Source: an uncultured Pelagibacteraceae bacterium (GTDB taxonomy: Bacteria; Pseudomonadota; Alphaproteobacteria; Pelagibacterales; AG-422-B15). Taken from it: DNA of 64,000 nt. Every line of letters starts with the position of its first letter. Positions within the stretch are counted from its first letter, which is position 1. The DNA lies in assembly GCA_902517885.1 (NCBI GenBank), contig CABYDZ010000005.1:2893-66892 (forward strand). Reading direction: 5' to 3'. The notes beneath the pieces are model-generated. The model was not told the DNA's origin and did no database searches. It worked only from the letters and a program-made list of their open reading frames with translations. Positions 61,938-64,000 of this stretch are shown here, piece by piece. Both the position numbers and the translations under genes were made by a program.

Positions 61938-62888
61938 TTAATTAATTTTTATTAACAATTTTCCTTTTGCCCTACCACTTGATAAATGCTCATAAGCCTC
62001 ATGGTACTGGTCAAATGAATAAGTTTTTTCAATTACAGGTTTCAATTTACCGTCTTCCATCCACATCCTGAACATATCAAGGTTTGATGTAGATGTTCTA
62101 CCAGAAAGTACTGTACGAGATTTTTTTCGTTTAAAAAACTGTTTTGCAGTATCAATGTTATTATAGATATTAAATTTTGTTGTAACATAAATACCATTTG
62201 TCGACAAAGAATTAGAAATTTTTGGAAAGGAAAGATTTCCGTTAGCATCAAAAATAATATCGTATTTATCGGATGTATCAGTGATGTCAGTTTTTGTATA
62301 ATCAATAATATTTTCGATATCAAATTCATTTTTTATCCATTCAATATTTCTATCGCTTGTTACAGCGGTAATATCGGCCTCATATATTTTTGCCATTTGA
62401 AGTGCAAATGTACCAACTCCTCCCGAGGCACCATTGATTAACAATTTATGTCCTTTTCTTAAAGACGCTATATTTCTTAGCGCTAATAAAGATGTATTGC
62501 CCACTTGAGGAATTGCCGCTGAATCGGATAGTTCAAAATTATTAGGAGCTAAAGATATATATTTCTGAGATATAGTAATTTTTTCAGCTGCACTTCCGTT
62601 AAATAATATATCCTGCATGCCAAATACCTTGTCGCCGACCTTAAACGCACCAACGTCATTGCCAATTTCAACTATTTCACCGCTAAAATCACATGCAGTT
62701 ATTATTGGAAATTTTTTTATGCTAGTAATGGGTTTAAACCCACCTCTCATTTTTTTTAAGTCAACAGGATTAATTGAAATTGCTGAGACTTTAACGGCAA
62801 CCTCATGACGCTTTGGTTTTGGACTCTCAACTTCTAATATTTGGAGTTTGTCAATGTCTCCATATGAATTATATCCAATTGCTTTCAT
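61938..62888 (-). CDS. NADPH:quinone oxidoreductase-like medium-chain dehydrogenase/reductase
   Basis: Start set at ATG 62888 (MKAIGYNSYGD..). The ORF-track N-terminal 23 aa extension is hydrophobic filler. INGASGGVGTFALQ cofactor motif. C-terminal ..HLSSGRAKGKLLI. Confidence 0.85.
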   Translation of the reverse strand: MKAIGYNSYGDIDKLQILEVESPKPKRHEVAVKVSAISINPVDLKKMRGGFKPITSIKKFPIITACDFSGEIVEIGNDVGAFKVGDKVFGMQDILFNGSAAEKITISQKYISLAPNNFELSDSAAIPQVGNTSLLALRNIASLRKGHKLLINGASGGVGTFALQMAKIYEADITAVTSDRNIEWIKNEFDIENIIDYTKTDITDTSDKYDIIFDANGNLSFPKISNSLSTNGIYVTTKFNIYNNIDTAKQFFKRKKSRTVLSGRTSTSNLDMFRMWMEDGKLKPVIEKTYSFDQYHEAYEHLSSGRAKGKLLIKIN

Positions 62889-62893
62889 AATAA

Positions 62894-62909
62894 TTAATTT
62901 TAAAATTAA
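62894..62909. repeat. perfect 16-bp A/T-only palindrome in a divergent promoter region (possible operator)
   Basis: TTAATTTTAAAATTAA is its own reverse complement. It sits between the qor-like operon start (62888) and the PAP2 gene start (62946). A TATAAT hexamer is at 62920-62925. Confidence 0.3.
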
Positions 62910-62945
62910 AAATTGATTATATAATGTAATAAATAAGGCGAGTAA

Positions 62946-63836
62946 ATGTTTTATCAAATGCTATCAGATATTTCCTGGGTTGTTAACTTAAGATCTCCAT
63001 TTTTAACTCCAATATTTGAGTTTTTAACATGGCTTGGGTACAGAGATTTTCTTTTTATGTTCATTCCATTTACTTACTGGTGCTTTGATAGGAAAATATT
63101 TGGTAGACTAGTTCTAATTGTATTTTTTAGTGCGATAATTAATTCTTGGTTAAAAGATTTTTTTCAAGACCCCAGGCCAGATCTCTATCTCAATATAGAT
63201 CCGTGGCTTCAAGCAGAAACCTCTTTTGGGTTTCCAAGTGGTCATACTCAAATAGCAGTTGTTATATGGCTTTATATTGCACTCAATGTAAAGAATCTCT
63301 TTGCGAAAATTGTATCAATTATTTTTTTATTAGGTGTGCCTTTTAGTCGTATCTACCTTGGCGTACATGATATCGGAGATATTCTTGGTGGAATGATAGT
63401 GGGGTTATTCACTCTATATGCCGCTCATCTATTTTATCAAAATATTGACTTGGGAAAATATAATTTAAACAAACTATTTAAATATGTATTAACGATTATT
63501 CTACTGATCGTGTTTTATTTATCGTGGCCAATGGATCATGGTCATGAATTAGTTACAGGTTTGGGAGGACTGATATTGGGCTTCATGATAGGATCAGATT
63601 TAGATAAAAAATATTTTGGTTACGAACGGGTATCAAATACCTTTATGCACTATTTTTCGTGTTCATTGGCATTAATTGTCTTTCTAATTTTAAATAAATT
63701 TTTAGAAACTGGATTTGATCAAGTTATTTTACCTGAGTGGTTCGAAATTGGCATGAGCTCCTTTATATTAGGTGCCTATATCTCATTTATTGCACTATTT
63801 CTTCTTTCAAAAGTTAAGCTTCAATCAATCAAATAA
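62946..63836 (+). CDS. PAP2-family (type 2 phosphatidic acid phosphatase-like) membrane phosphatase
   Basis: 296 aa. The three PAP2 motifs KDFFQDPRP, PSGH and SRIYLGVHDIGD, plus multiple TM helices. Confidence 0.85.
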   Translation: MFYQMLSDISWVVNLRSPFLTPIFEFLTWLGYRDFLFMFIPFTYWCFDRKIFGRLVLIVFFSAIINSWLKDFFQDPRPDLYLNIDPWLQAETSFGFPSGHTQIAVVIWLYIALNVKNLFAKIVSIIFLLGVPFSRIYLGVHDIGDILGGMIVGLFTLYAAHLFYQNIDLGKYNLNKLFKYVLTIILLIVFYLSWPMDHGHELVTGLGGLILGFMIGSDLDKKYFGYERVSNTFMHYFSCSLALIVFLILNKFLETGFDQVILPEWFEIGMSSFILGAYISFIALFLLSKVKLQSIK

Positions 63837-64000
63837 CTTTCGCCGTGCTTTAAAGTAAAAAAATCTTCATTTGGTATATTGTATTTTTTTAGTTCTTTTA
63901 GTAACTGGCGAGGAGGTTCCGTAACCGGCTCATCAGTTAAGATAAAAGTTCCCCATGCCATGCCGATGGCTTTACTTGCTTCCAAGTCAAGAAATGTCAT
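63821..64000 (-). CDS. C-terminal fragment of an unidentified protein, possibly an MBL-fold hydrolase; the gene starts beyond the window
   Basis: The open frame reads ..MTFLDLEASKAIGMAWGTFILTDEPVTEPPRQLLKELKKYNIPNEDFFTLKHGESYLID, with stop TGA at 63821-63823 (reverse complement). WGTF-x-L-x-DEP resembles the C-terminal HWGTF segment of Lactamase_B_2-type hydrolases. This assignment is weak. Confidence 0.4.
   Translation of the reverse strand: MTFLDLEASKAIGMAWGTFILTDEPVTEPPRQLLKELKKYNIPNEDFFTLKHGESYLID

Noticed and set aside
62889-62957. N-terminal extensions suggested by the ORF track: qor-like 62957, TPR 38441, cvpA 28968, purN 10798, gmk 19621, the 8676-9767 ORF, and 117-671.
   Set aside because: Several of the extended ORFs (28968, 10798, 19621, 9767) begin at TTG codons. 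The added residues are unconserved-looking filler that would overlap the neighbouring gene. An internal ATG gives the family-typical N-terminus or a signal peptide.
1-64000. Search for mobile elements, CRISPR arrays, tRNA or rRNA genes, toxin-antitoxin, restriction-modification or other defence systems, and compositional islands.
   Set aside because: I recognised no transposase, integrase, phage, nuclease or methylase signatures and saw no direct-repeat arrays. All spacers longer than 50 bp were read and none resembles a tRNA or another known structured RNA. Composition looks uniform by eye. The RND operon and nrdJ seem slightly less A+T-rich, which I could not quantify.

Overview
This window is an AT-rich (about 30% GC by eye, not computed), very gene-dense chromosomal segment from a streamlined alphaproteobacterium, probably Pelagibacterales-like. 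The alphaproteobacterial markers are an NDUFA12-like gene, hdaA, a GTTC-N7-GTTC SOS box at recA, a eukaryote-type NADP-IDH, and a ~1200-aa NrdJ with a C-terminal Cys cluster.

I annotate 62 protein-coding genes, 2 of them partial at the window edges. From the coordinates, about 97% of bases are coding, and many neighbouring genes overlap by 1-32 nt.

The content is overwhelmingly housekeeping:
- Nucleotide metabolism: nrdJ, purMN, ndk, gmk, guaBA.
- Translation and RNA modification: aspS, alaS, rpsF-rpsR-rplI, rsmA, rlmE, dusA, der.
- Envelope: lptFG-lptD-surA, bamB, pgsA.
- Fatty-acid synthesis: fabD-fabG-acpP-fabF.
- Replication and repair: dnaB, hdaA, recA, photolyase.
- Other: icd, panB, alr, dksA.

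Accessory-looking content is limited to:
- a 9.2-kb tolC-padR-MFP-RND-RND efflux module;
- an MMPL-type exporter;
- a MoxR/VWA pair;
- a four-gene redox/detox operon;
- a few small secreted or membrane proteins of unknown function.

I saw no rRNA, tRNA, CRISPR array, transposase, integrase, prophage gene or recognisable defence or toxin gene. I do not see a convincing novel multi-gene system.

The best leads are:
- a Der GTPase that lacks its first G domain;
- the atypical double-RND efflux operon, with an internal PadR and palindromic candidate operators;
- a membrane-anchored unknown protein translationally coupled to photolyase;
- predicted NrdR and LexA operators;
- 3' overlap in 8 of the 9 convergent gene pairs.

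All family assignments come from motif recognition by eye and need HMM or BLAST confirmation.
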